DNA from: an uncultured Myxococcales bacterium
GTDB lineage: Bacteria; Myxococcota_A; UBA9042; CAIXZC01
Length of the DNA: 53,299 bases
Direction of reading: 5' to 3'
Assembly (NCBI GenBank): GCA_964565265.1
Contig: CAZMEC010000001.1
Span: forward strand, 1-53,299
The first letter of the stretch is position 1. Every line of letters begins with the position of its first letter. Below the pieces are notes generated by a model, which worked only from the letters and a program-made list of their open reading frames with translations, was not told the origin of the DNA and searched no databases. The position numbers were made by a program, and so were the translations under genes. This document shows positions 1-8,813 of this stretch, piece after piece.

Positions 1-39
1 CAAGAGCAGGAGAGCAAGCACCACAAAATGCTTCAACAT
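1..39 (-). CDS. 5' end of an exported-protein gene running off the window (partial)
   Basis: Minus-strand ATG at 39-37 with GGAGG 6 nt upstream (revcomp of 46-50). Reads MLKHFVVLALLLL, a signal-peptide-like start. Only 13 codons are visible. Confidence 0.3.
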   Translation of the reverse strand, partial: MLKHFVVLALLLL

Positions 40-58
40 GCCAAACCTCCAAAGCCAA

Positions 59-205
59 TCCGAACCCCGACTGCAAGGGAGGGGGTGTCCGTCCGTCCGT
101 CCGAACCCCGACCGCAAGGGAGGGGGTGTCCGCCCGTCCGTCCGAACCCCGACCGCAAGGGAGGGGGTGTCCGTCCGAACCGCGACTGTCAAGGAGCGGG
201 CTGTC
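59..205. repeat. Tandem array of a ~41-bp intergenic repeat (family A, core TCCGAACCCCGACCGCAAGGGAGGGGGTGTCCG)
   Basis: Copies at 59-99, 100-140 and 141-173, plus a degenerate copy at 174-205. Related copies occur at 7269-7298 and 11589-11659. Confidence 0.9.
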
Positions 206-257
206 TTCCCCGATCCGCTTGCTCCGCGCGCGGCTAGGAACGACCAACGGCAAACCC

Positions 258-323
258 CACCCGTCCAAGCCGCGAATGCAATGAGCGGATCACCCGTCCA
301 AGCCGCGAATGCAATGAGCGGAT
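258..323. repeat. Perfect 33-bp tandem duplication (CACCCGTCCAAGCCGCGAATGCAATGAGCGGAT x2)
   Basis: 258-290 and 291-323 are identical on direct reading. Intergenic, upstream of the 490 gene. Confidence 0.95.
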
Positions 324-489
324 CAGGCGGCAGGATCGCAAATGCAGGGGGAATTGGCAAGCAGGGTGTTGGATGCTGCGGCAAGTGTAATGTAAGGTCC
401 TGACCCCTTCTCCCCCTTCTCGCCGCGCTTGAACCTTGTTTCCTGGGGCGCTAGACTCGGGCCCGTCAGATCAATCTGGAGGTGAGCCC

Positions 490-1938
490 ATGGATGACAG
501 GCAGGGACTGTTTCCCGGGGTAGGGGGGGCCCAGGCCATCGATCAGGAGCAGCGCTCGGCAGTGCTGGCCGAATTGATGGGTCAGATTCTGGGCTCTGGC
601 ACTGCCGCCGAGGAACGGCTGGCGACCTCCAATCCGGCCCTGCACTTCAAGCTTCGGGCCGTCTTCGGATCCTTCGGTCGGGGTCTCTCTGCCCTCTGGG
701 ACGAGCTCCCCGCCCCCTCCTCCCTGGAGCCCGTCCGGGATGCCCTCAGGCGTCACTGGGAGACGGGGCAGGCCCTGGATCAGGCCTACTTCCTGAGGAG
801 TGATCCCATCCTGGGCAAGGTCATCTTGCAGCTCTTCGAGAACCTGGACGCGGCCCTTCGCGACGCCGGTCTGGATCCCGTCCTGGCGCGGCGCAGCCGG
901 GTGCTCTCCGAGGAAGAGATGGTCCAGCGGGCGCGGGTCGTGGCGTCCGTGCTGAAGAACCGGGTGGGCAAGGACTGGGAGGTGGAGGACCCCCTCTTGA
1001 TGATGAATGTGCGCCGCCTTCACCCTTCCTACCTGGCCTTCTTCGCCTGGCTGGACCAGCGCCTGGACGCCAACTCCGTGCTGATCCTGGTGCAGCACAA
1101 GAAGAAGCTCCTGGCGGTGCCTGTGGACGCCTTCCGGGAGGCGGGTCGCGGGGGTCTGGGTCGCAGCATTGGTGACCTGAAGTATGAAAAGGCCTTTCAC
1201 TGCCGCTCCCGGAGCGTGCTGGTGTTCACGGCCTCCGGTTGGGTCCACCGTATTCCCTCGGAGTGGATCCCCGTGATTGGCCAGCCGGAGGCCGAGTTCA
1301 AGGTCGAGATCCGGCGAGGGGATCGGATCGCCGCTGTGCTGGACGAGCCGGGCGCCGAGGAGTTGCTCATCCTCATCTCCGAGAAGGGGAGGGTCAAGGC
1401 AGTGCCCCGGGACGACTTCCGGCGTTTCCCCGCGGAAGGAGCCCGCTGCCTGGGCCTGGAGGAGAAGGACAATCTGGCCTTGGCCGTGGCGGCCCGCTTC
1501 GATGGCACGCCTCTCGCGGTGTTCTCCCGCAAGGGTAGGGCGCTGCGGCTGCCCATGGACAGCATCAGGCTGAAGTCCCGGCAGGCTCGCGGGGTCATCC
1601 AGCTTCGCTTCCAGGAGGAGCAGGATGGCCCGGTGGCGGCCTTCCAGTTGTCTGACGAGGACCCCTACCTCGTGGCCAGTCCCGACGGCCGCGTCAAGGC
1701 CGGGCTTGGGGGCCTGGTGCCCCTTCGCCTGAATGGCGGGTCGGGGGTCATCGTGGCCCGGGGGCAAGTGGCCGGCGCAGCCTCTCTGATTTGTGCTGGC
1801 ATCGGCCTGCTGAGCCGAGGTGGCCGCCTCCTGGTGTTCTCCTCCGAGGAGCTTCGCATCCTCAGCCGTGGGGCCCGGGGCGTGAAGGGGCTGGCCCTGC
1901 GGGGTAATGACCGCCTGGATTTCGTGTTCTCCACCTGA
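490..1938 (+). CDS. GyrA C-terminal-like beta-pinwheel repeat protein, function unknown
   Basis: ATG 490 lies 7 nt after GGAGG (478-482). The C-terminal half has about 5 repeats of the gyrase-CTD blade type (VLVFTASGWVHRIP, LILISEKGRVKAVP, LAVFSRKGRALRLP, YLVASPDGRVKAG, GLLSRGGRLLVFS...RGARGVKGL). The antisense ORF 466-2001 has Gly/Arg/Pro/His-rich junk composition. Confidence 0.6.
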   Translation: MDDRQGLFPGVGGAQAIDQEQRSAVLAELMGQILGSGTAAEERLATSNPALHFKLRAVFGSFGRGLSALWDELPAPSSLEPVRDALRRHWETGQALDQAYFLRSDPILGKVILQLFENLDAALRDAGLDPVLARRSRVLSEEEMVQRARVVASVLKNRVGKDWEVEDPLLMMNVRRLHPSYLAFFAWLDQRLDANSVLILVQHKKKLLAVPVDAFREAGRGGLGRSIGDLKYEKAFHCRSRSVLVFTASGWVHRIPSEWIPVIGQPEAEFKVEIRRGDRIAAVLDEPGAEELLILISEKGRVKAVPRDDFRRFPAEGARCLGLEEKDNLALAVAARFDGTPLAVFSRKGRALRLPMDSIRLKSRQARGVIQLRFQEEQDGPVAAFQLSDEDPYLVASPDGRVKAGLGGLVPLRLNGGSGVIVARGQVAGAASLICAGIGLLSRGGRLLVFSSEELRILSRGARGVKGLALRGNDRLDFVFST

Positions 1939-1967
1939 AACTAGTTTTCTGCGGCGCGTCGTTCCTG

Positions 1968-1996
1968 TTGACACACCGCAGCCCGAAAAATAGACT
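1968..1996 (+). promoter_or_regulatory. Sigma70-like promoter candidate (TTGACA-N17-TAGACT)
   Basis: TTGACA at 1968-1973, a 17-nt spacer, then TAGACT at 1991-1996. It sits in an AT-richer patch about 50 nt upstream of ATG 2046. Confidence 0.35.
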
Positions 1997-2045
1997 CGCA
2001 TCCGGTCCGGGTGCCATTCTGTTCATTATTATAGGGGTAACAGAC

Positions 2046-3041
2046 ATGAGACCAGTGCTCCTTCTAGCTTTCGTTCTTTCCCTGCTGTCTTTCCAGGCCA
2101 GCCCGGCGTTGGCACAGGCCGACAAATCCACGAGCGTGTTGCTGCTGAAGGCCGATGGAGAGCAGCTTGGTGAGGCCGAGAAGTCGGCTGTGGCCAAGAA
2201 CCTCAAGGCCGAACTTGAGAAATACAAGAAGTACACCCTGGTTGAGGCGCCCGACCTGGACCTGCTTGAGGCCATGGTCGAGTTCGAATGCCTGGACATC
2301 GACGCCGCCTGCCTGGCCTCCATCGCGTCCAAGAAGGGCGTCGATCAGGTCCTCTATGTGAAGGTGGACGGTGGCGCCGCCCAGTTGGTGCTGGTCGATG
2401 TCAAAAGCTCCAAGGAACTAGCCCGGGACGAGCGCAAGGCCGCCGGCAACGCTGCCCTCCAGGCTGCCGTGACGGGCCCCGGTCGGGAGGCCGTCTTTGG
2501 CCCCGCCCCGGAAGAGCCCAAGCCCGTGGTGGCAGTCGTCGCGGCCCCCTTGCCCGCGGCCCCCAAAGCCCCCTCCAAGCCCGAGGCCGAGGTCAAGAAG
2601 GTGGACTTCACCATTGACTCCAATGTGAAGGACTCCAAGGTCTTCATCAATGACAAGGATGTGGGCGTGGCGCCGGTGGCTGTGAAGCTCAAGCCCGGCC
2701 GTTACACCTTCCGCGTGGAGGCCAAGGATTTCCTCAGCGTGGAGGAGAAGATCCAGGTCGCCGAGGTGGGTTCCAAGGCTTGGAAGGCCAGCCTCAAGCC
2801 CGTGCCCGTGCAGAAGGCCCCCATGGCTGCCCCGGTGGCCAAGAAGGACTCTGCGGGCAAACCCTTCTACGCCACCTGGTGGTTCTGGACCGCCGTGGGC
2901 GCTGGTGTGGTGGCCGCCACGGTGACCACCGCCGTGGTCCTGTCCGGGGATGATGCTGGCGGCACCTATGGCACCGCCAAGTTCTCCATTGACCCGGGCT
3001 CCGCCGCTTACGACGCGGTGTTCTACCAGAACGCGAATTGA
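2046..3041 (+). CDS. Secreted PEGA-domain protein with C-terminal TM anchor
   Basis: Signal peptide MRPVLLLAFVLSLLSFQASPALAQA. PEGA-like block KVFINDKDVGVAPVAVKLKPGRYTFRVEAKDF. Hydrophobic WWFWTAVGAGVVAATVTTAVVL near the C-terminus. Confidence 0.7.
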   Translation: MRPVLLLAFVLSLLSFQASPALAQADKSTSVLLLKADGEQLGEAEKSAVAKNLKAELEKYKKYTLVEAPDLDLLEAMVEFECLDIDAACLASIASKKGVDQVLYVKVDGGAAQLVLVDVKSSKELARDERKAAGNAALQAAVTGPGREAVFGPAPEEPKPVVAVVAAPLPAAPKAPSKPEAEVKKVDFTIDSNVKDSKVFINDKDVGVAPVAVKLKPGRYTFRVEAKDFLSVEEKIQVAEVGSKAWKASLKPVPVQKAPMAAPVAKKDSAGKPFYATWWFWTAVGAGVVAATVTTAVVLSGDDAGGTYGTAKFSIDPGSAAYDAVFYQNAN

Positions 3042-3055
3042 GGGAGGAAACCACA

Positions 3056-5122
3056 ATGAAAAAGATATATACCCTTCTGGCAATGTCCTTCCTCCTGGCC
3101 TCCTGCGAGGGCGGTTCCAGCTGCGAGAACTGCGGCACCATGAGCGCCGGCGACGAGGGCGGCACCATCAGGCTGAACCTCGGCACCATCGAGGCGCCCT
3201 TCGATGCCACCGACATCAAGAGCTTCCGCATCCGGGTCTACGCCAACACCCCCGTGTCTCCTGACGACCCCACGCTGTTTGACTCCTACTCGGCCTACGG
3301 TTGCTTCCCCTCCCGTGGCAAGGATGTCACCATCGAGAACCTGAAGACCGGCGAGAACCGCTTCGTCTACTATCAGGGTTACTCCGACAAGGCCTGCCAG
3401 GACCCCGAGATGGTGGCCCTTCGTGGCGGCGTCACCATCGAGAAGCGCAGCGCCCTGGACAAGACCGCCGCTGAGATAGACTGCACCGAGGACTCCCAGT
3501 GCACCAGCCTTCACCCCTATGCGGTGTGCGCCTGCGAGAAGGAACTGGATAACGACGGCAAGAAGACCGACCTGTGCCTTGCCGGCGAGCCCGGCACCTG
3601 CTCCGTGACCCCGCCCCTCTATGTCATGCCCCTGCAGGTTGGCCGCTTCAACGCCTTCCCTTCCGTGGACGACGCCCTGCTGACCAAGATCGCCGCCATC
3701 TCCTGCGAGTCTGACGCTCCCTGCCAGGATATCCACGGCAACGGCGTCTGCGACTACGACCGGGGCCGCTGCACCATCAAGGGTCTGAACCCTCTGGCTC
3801 CTGCCGTGCGCCGGGCCTTCCACACCGCCACCACCCTGGAGTCCGGCAACATCGCGCTGGGCGGCGGCTTCAATCGTCGCTCCATCGTTGGCAGCAAGCC
3901 CATGTTCCGCGCCGATGCGCCCTTCGTTGAGATCTTCAACCCCTACACCTTCCAGTTCCTGCCCGTTCCCGCTGGCGCCCTTGCTGACGGCAATCGCGTG
4001 GCCATGCACACCGCTGTCCCCCTGGGCGGCGAGCGCCTGGCCTTCCTGGGCGGCGTCACCGAGGCCTCCCTGGATGTGAATGTGGGCGGCCAGCAGGAGC
4101 TGCGCGTCGTGATGCCCATCAACCTTGAGCAGGACTACTGCAACGGCGAGGACTGCTCCAATGTCTCCGCCTGGTCCCTGGTCTTCGATTTGGCCTCCAC
4201 CGGCGCCTTCGGCCGCAACCCCCTGAGCGCCGGCTTCCTCTTCCCCAAGGCCGGCCTCTACAGCGGCAACCTGCTGCTCTCCGGCGGGCTCATCTTTGCT
4301 GAGGACGGCTCCTCTCAGGTCTACGATCGCTTCCAGCTCTGCTCCCTGTCCGATGGCACCTCCATGGCCTGCTCCGAGGGCGGCGACGAATCCTCCCTCT
4401 ACGCTCCCCGCTTTGGCCACTCCCATGTGTGCCTGGTGGCCGCTTCGGACGGTAGCTGCGGCGAGTACATGCTCTTCGGTGGCACCGACGCCGGCAACAG
4501 CGGCGGCGAGGTCTTCAGCGTCAACGGCGGCACCCACAAGGCCCTGGAGTTCGTGCAGGACAGCGACATGGACGGCGCCTTCTTCTCCACCCTCGTGAAG
4601 GTGGCTGCCGGGGACGATGGCCTGGCCCAGATCTTCGCCTTCGGTGGCACCAACGCCGTGGGTGACCCCGTCCCCGCTGGGGCCACCTCCGTGCGCGTGG
4701 ACATCTTCCCCCCGGCGCTGGGCCCGGCCCCCCAGCAGATCAAGGTCAACCTGGGCGAGGGCAAGCTGACCGTGGCCGAGCTTGACTTGAGCGAGCTCAG
4801 CGGCGCCAACCCCGAGCGCAAGACCTTCCGCACCTTCAACACGGCGGTCCCCATGGAGGGCGGCGACATCCTGGTGGCTGGCGGTCTGGACCGCGACAAC
4901 CGGGCCAGCTCCCAGGCCATCTTCTTCCGTGATCCCCAGGTTGGCACCATGCAGGTCATCGGCGAGCTGTCCATGACCAGCCCCCGCTTCGGTCACACCA
5001 TGACGGTCATCGAACACGGCCTCCTCAAGGGCGCCGTCCTGGTGGTCGGCGGCTTCACCGTCGGCGCTGATGGTGTGGTGGACTTCGCCACCCACGCCGA
5101 GGTCTACCTCCCCGCCAACTAA
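3056..5122 (+). CDS. Lipoprotein with Kelch-like beta-propeller repeats
   Basis: GGGAGG at 3042-3047 then ATG 3056. Lipobox LLASC. Repeated Kelch-type blades ending in a GG doublet (RVAMHTAVPLGGERLAFLGG, RFGHSHVCLV..YMLFGG, FNTAVPMEGGDILVAGG, RFGHTMTVIEHGLLKGAVLVVGG). Confidence 0.7.
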   Translation: MKKIYTLLAMSFLLASCEGGSSCENCGTMSAGDEGGTIRLNLGTIEAPFDATDIKSFRIRVYANTPVSPDDPTLFDSYSAYGCFPSRGKDVTIENLKTGENRFVYYQGYSDKACQDPEMVALRGGVTIEKRSALDKTAAEIDCTEDSQCTSLHPYAVCACEKELDNDGKKTDLCLAGEPGTCSVTPPLYVMPLQVGRFNAFPSVDDALLTKIAAISCESDAPCQDIHGNGVCDYDRGRCTIKGLNPLAPAVRRAFHTATTLESGNIALGGGFNRRSIVGSKPMFRADAPFVEIFNPYTFQFLPVPAGALADGNRVAMHTAVPLGGERLAFLGGVTEASLDVNVGGQQELRVVMPINLEQDYCNGEDCSNVSAWSLVFDLASTGAFGRNPLSAGFLFPKAGLYSGNLLLSGGLIFAEDGSSQVYDRFQLCSLSDGTSMACSEGGDESSLYAPRFGHSHVCLVAASDGSCGEYMLFGGTDAGNSGGEVFSVNGGTHKALEFVQDSDMDGAFFSTLVKVAAGDDGLAQIFAFGGTNAVGDPVPAGATSVRVDIFPPALGPAPQQIKVNLGEGKLTVAELDLSELSGANPERKTFRTFNTAVPMEGGDILVAGGLDRDNRASSQAIFFRDPQVGTMQVIGELSMTSPRFGHTMTVIEHGLLKGAVLVVGGFTVGADGVVDFATHAEVYLPAN

Positions 5123-5135
5123 GGCTCCTCGGTTC

Positions 5136-7259
5136 ATGGAAACCGGACCCCAGCCCTCAAACCGCCTTTCCCTCTTCCTGCTGATCTTCCTGCTGGCCTT
5201 TGTGGCCCTGGCCTTGCATTGCAGCGCTGGACCCTGGTGGAAGGACTCGGGCGAACTGGCCGCCGCCTTTCTGGCGGGCTCCATCGCGCACCCCGGAGGC
5301 TTCTCGGCCAACGCCATGCTGGCCGCTCTGGTGGCCCAACTTCCCCTGGGTTCTCTTCACCACGGGCTGGCCCTCTTCTCGGCCCTCTGCGCGGCCCTGG
5401 CTGCGGGCTTCCTTGGCCTCCTCATTGCGGGCAGCATCGCCAGCCCCTGGGCGCGCCCCTTGGGCTTGCTTGGGGCGCTGGGGTTTCTGCTGACCAGGAC
5501 GGTGTGGATTCACTCGGTCTCCGTGGAGGTCTATGCCCCCAGCGTTGCCTTGGCTGCCTTTGGGCTTTGGAACTGCGTCGGTTACCTGGAGGGGCCTGGG
5601 GGAGGGCTGCGCCTTCGGGGCCTCCGGGAGACCTCCCTGCTGCTTGGCCTGTCCCTGGGCTTTCACATCACCTCCACCATGGTCCTGGGCCTTTGTCTGC
5701 TGGCCCTGCTGGCCGCCCCCGGGCGCCCCCGGTTTGATGCCAGGGGCTTGGCGTCGGCCCTGGGCCTGGCGCTCCTTGGAAGCCTGGTTTGCCTGTACCT
5801 GCCTCTGCGCTACGCCACCAACCCTCCCCATCCCTTTGCCGCCGTGGACGGGCTTTCTACGCTGTGGGCCCACCTCAGCGGCAGTTCCATCCGGGGGGCC
5901 TTCGGCAAAACCATGCTGGACTTCTCTCCCCTTGCCCTTGCCGACAACGCCCGCCTGTACTGGTCCCAGACCTGGGACCAGTGCGGCCTTGCCCTGCCCC
6001 TTGCCTTGGGCTGGCTGCTCTGGTTGGCTGTGGCCGGGCGGCGCCGCCCCGGGGATACCTGGTCCCAAATCCTACTGGTGGCCTTGCTGCTGGCCGACGG
6101 GGCCTTCTCCATTCTCTTGAACCCCATGGGCCAGCCGGAGTTCCAGACCGGGCTCCTGTCGCGGTTCGCTCTGTTTGCTCTGGCGGGGCGGGGACTGCTG
6201 GTCCTGTTGGCCAGTGCCTCCCGTTGGCGTCTGCGCCTGCCCGCCCTGGCCCTGTCCGGCCTGGTTGTCCTGCTGGCCCTGTTGCTGCCCCTTGGGCCAG
6301 CCACCTCCCTGCCTCTTGTTGAGCGACACCCGGGCCTGATGCAGGACCGGGGCGGTCCGGCGGACCCCTTGCTGGTCTCTCCTTGTCGCCACCTCGAGGC
6401 CCCCAGCCTCTACCTGGAGCGCCTCTGGGCCGAGCCCCCCGAAGCCCTGGCCTTGACGGGGCTGGACGATGCCAGCTCCCTGGGCATCTTTGGGCAGGGG
6501 GTGGAGGGCCGCCGGCCTGACCTGTTGTTGGTGGTCAAGCAGTTCCTGGGGGACCCGGCCCTGCAGGTGGCCGCCAGGGAGACCCACGGCCAGTTCTTTC
6601 CCCAGGACCAGGTCCAGGGGCCGGCAGCCCTTCGGAGCCTGCTTGGTCTGGCGCTGGCTCAGGGTCGCACGGTGCTGTGGCAGCGTGGCCAGGAGGCCCA
6701 GGAGGGGCTTCGTTCAGGCCTGGGTTGGGTGGACAGTTTTCCCCTGGAGCGCCTGGTCCCGCGGGCTGAGCTGGAGTGTGCCCAGTCGCCCCCGGTGCCC
6801 CTGTGGTTGATCTCCTGCCGGCCCGACCAGCTTGGGGCCACGGTCTGGTCGCAAGACTTCTCGCTGGCGGGCGTGTGCTACCTGGAGGATTGCGGTGAGG
6901 CGGGGCTTCAACAGGCTGCAGGCCAGTTTGGCCGGGCGGTGGAGATGGACCCAAGAAACTGCAAGGCCTGGAACAACCTGGCGGCCTTCTACGGTCGCAG
7001 CAATCAGGCCCAGCCTGCCCTGGCAGCGACCCTGCGGGCGGTGACCGTGTGCCCCCGGAACCCGGCAGCGCGGGTCAACGAGCTGCGTTACCTGTACCTC
7101 ACGGGCAACCCCGAAGGGGCCAGAATCCGGGCCCCCCTGCTGCTGGACCAGGTAAGCGATCCCCAGAAAGCCCGGGGCATGCTGATGCGCCTGGCGGGCC
7201 AGTTGCGCGGCGGCGGCCTGGAAGAAGACGCCCAATTCCTGGAGTTGCTCACGAAGTAA
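5136..7259 (+). CDS. Polytopic membrane protein, DUF2723/PMT-like glycosyltransferase family, with C-terminal TPR
   Basis: Many hydrophobic helices. An N-terminal DSGEL..AGSIAHPGGFS motif resembles the DUF2723 GIAHPPGYP motif. A C-terminal TPR-like segment is present (AVEMDPRNCKAWNNLAAFYGRSNQ). The start codon is uncertain because the RBS is weak. Confidence 0.6.
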   Translation: METGPQPSNRLSLFLLIFLLAFVALALHCSAGPWWKDSGELAAAFLAGSIAHPGGFSANAMLAALVAQLPLGSLHHGLALFSALCAALAAGFLGLLIAGSIASPWARPLGLLGALGFLLTRTVWIHSVSVEVYAPSVALAAFGLWNCVGYLEGPGGGLRLRGLRETSLLLGLSLGFHITSTMVLGLCLLALLAAPGRPRFDARGLASALGLALLGSLVCLYLPLRYATNPPHPFAAVDGLSTLWAHLSGSSIRGAFGKTMLDFSPLALADNARLYWSQTWDQCGLALPLALGWLLWLAVAGRRRPGDTWSQILLVALLLADGAFSILLNPMGQPEFQTGLLSRFALFALAGRGLLVLLASASRWRLRLPALALSGLVVLLALLLPLGPATSLPLVERHPGLMQDRGGPADPLLVSPCRHLEAPSLYLERLWAEPPEALALTGLDDASSLGIFGQGVEGRRPDLLLVVKQFLGDPALQVAARETHGQFFPQDQVQGPAALRSLLGLALAQGRTVLWQRGQEAQEGLRSGLGWVDSFPLERLVPRAELECAQSPPVPLWLISCRPDQLGATVWSQDFSLAGVCYLEDCGEAGLQQAAGQFGRAVEMDPRNCKAWNNLAAFYGRSNQAQPALAATLRAVTVCPRNPAARVNELRYLYLTGNPEGARIRAPLLLDQVSDPQKARGMLMRLAGQLRGGGLEEDAQFLELLTK

Positions 7260-7268
7260 GGGAACCAG

Positions 7269-7298
7269 TCCCGAACCGCGACAGTAATGGAGCGGGGC
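7269..7298. repeat. Degenerate copy of repeat family A between convergent genes
   Basis: TCCCGAACCGCGACAGTAATGGAGCGGGGC resembles the degenerate fourth unit at 174-205 (TCCGAACCGCGACTGTCAAGGAGCGGGC). Confidence 0.5.
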
Positions 7299-7631
7299 CT
7301 ACTCTTTGCACACCGGCTTGGTCTGTTCAGAGATCCACCTAAGATACCCGTCGTACGCGGCGGTGATTGGCAGGGCGATGATCTCGGGCACCGAGTAGGG
7401 ATGGATTTCCCTCACCGTGGAGCTGACCGCCTCGAACAACTGGGTCGTGGTCTTCACCATCAACAGGGACTCGGTGTCCGAGTGGACCTCGCCTTCCCAA
7501 TGGTAGGTCGAGTGCACCTCAGGGAGGATGTTGACGCAGGCTGCGAGGCGATTTTCCACCAGGTGCCTGGCGATGTGGTGGGCGTTCTCCCTGGGGGCAG
7601 TGATGAGAACGACGAGATAGTCTGACTCCAT
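7299..7631 (-). CDS. cutA: Divalent-cation tolerance protein CutA
   Basis: MESDYLVVLITAPRENAHHIARHLVENRLAACVNILPEVHSTYHWEGEV...VPEIIALPI is the typical CutA1 sequence over its full ~110 aa length. Start ATG at 7631. Confidence 0.85.
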   Translation of the reverse strand: MESDYLVVLITAPRENAHHIARHLVENRLAACVNILPEVHSTYHWEGEVHSDTESLLMVKTTTQLFEAVSSTVREIHPYSVPEIIALPITAAYDGYLRWISEQTKPVCKE

Positions 7632-7725
7632 AACAAGGAACCTCTCGGCAAGTGAACACGCGGGGAATAATCCATTACGGATTGCAGGCTTGTCAACCCC
7701 TAATGGCGTGGAAACAGGGAACCGA

Positions 7726-8811
7726 TCAGGCGGGGTTCTTCTTCTGGAACTCGGCCATGAACTTGGTGAGGGCAAAGACGCCTTCCATGGGCATGGCGTT
7801 GTAGACGGAGGCGCGGCAGCCACCCACCGAGCGGTGCCCCTTGAGCTGCAGCAGCTTGGCCTCGCCCGCTTCCTTGAGGAACTTCTCCTCCAGGGCCTCG
7901 GAGGGCAGGCGCCAGACGATGTTCATGAGGGAGCGGCTCTCGGTGGCGACCGGGCAGCGGTAGTAGCCGCCGGAACCGTCAATGGCGTTGTAGACCACCG
8001 CGGCGCGCTCCTGGGCCAGCTTGGCCATGGCGGGCAGCCCACCGGCGGCCTTCAACCAGTCCAGCACCAGCTTGACCATGTAGATGGAGAAGACGGGCGG
8101 GGTGTTGTAGAGGCTGTCGTTCTCGTAGTGGGTCTTGTACTGCAGGTAGATGGGCAGGTTGGGGGAGGCCATCGCCAGGTCTTCCCGGATGATGACGATG
8201 GTGACGCCCGCGGGGCCCACATTCTTCTGGGCGCCGGCGTAGATGAGGCCGAACTTCTCCACGGGGACGGGGCGGGACAGGAAGTCCGAGGACATGTCGG
8301 CGACGAGGGGCACCTTGCCGGTGTCCGGCCACTCCCAGTTCTCGATGCCACCGATGGTTTCATTGGTGGTGATGTGGGCGTAGGCGGCGTTCTCGTCCCA
8401 CTTCAGCTCGGAGAGCTTGGGCCAGCGCCCGTACTTCTCGGCCTTGCCGTCCCAGACCACGCGGACCTTGCCCACGCGCTCGGCGTCCTCAATGGCCTTC
8501 TTGCCCCAGGCGCCGGTGTTCACATAGTCGGCGCTCTTGCCGGCGGGCAGCAGGTTCATGGGGATCATGCCAAACTGCATGGTGGCACCGCCGCCCAGGA
8601 ACAGGACCTTGTAGCCCTCGGGGATGCAAAGGATTTCCTTGAGCAGCGCTGTCGCCTCGGCGTGGACCTTGTCGTACTCCTTGCCGCGGTGGCTCATCTC
8701 GATGAGGGACATGCCCTTGCCGTTGTAGTCGACGAACTCGCCGGCGGCCTTCTCCAGGACGGGCAGCGGCAGAATGGCGGGACCAGCACTGAAATTGAAT
8801 GCGCGAGCCAT
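7726..8811 (-). CDS. serC: Phosphoserine aminotransferase
   Basis: MARAFNFSAGPAILPLPVLEKAAGEF...MSLIEMSHRGKEY and NTPPVFSIYMV...GHRSVGGCRASVYNAMP are canonical SerC blocks. 361 aa. Confidence 0.9.
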   Translation of the reverse strand: MARAFNFSAGPAILPLPVLEKAAGEFVDYNGKGMSLIEMSHRGKEYDKVHAEATALLKEILCIPEGYKVLFLGGGATMQFGMIPMNLLPAGKSADYVNTGAWGKKAIEDAERVGKVRVVWDGKAEKYGRWPKLSELKWDENAAYAHITTNETIGGIENWEWPDTGKVPLVADMSSDFLSRPVPVEKFGLIYAGAQKNVGPAGVTIVIIREDLAMASPNLPIYLQYKTHYENDSLYNTPPVFSIYMVKLVLDWLKAAGGLPAMAKLAQERAAVVYNAIDGSGGYYRCPVATESRSLMNIVWRLPSEALEEKFLKEAGEAKLLQLKGHRSVGGCRASVYNAMPMEGVFALTKFMAEFQKKNPA

Positions 8812-8813
8812 GA

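Noticed and set aside
59-205. Possible CRISPR array
   Set aside because: The units abut directly with no unique spacers, the unit has no palindromic core, and no cas genes are in the window.
28-403. Two overlapping plus-strand ORFs (69 and 121 aa)
   Set aside because: They are translations of the tandem repeat arrays (RPNPDRKGGGV repeated). They have no RBS and lie in a divergent intergenic region.
466-2001. 511-aa ORF on the minus strand opposite the GyrA-CTD-like gene
   Set aside because: The product is rich in Pro/Gly/His/Gln/Arg and lacks RBS or repeat logic. The plus-strand frame has an RBS-spaced ATG and a periodic blade repeat.
3023-5317. 764-aa ORF on the minus strand
   Set aside because: Antisense shadow of the Kelch-like lipoprotein gene in high-GC DNA. 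The product is Gly/Ala/Val/His-rich with no start context, signal or motifs, while the plus-strand product has an RBS, a lipobox and repeats.
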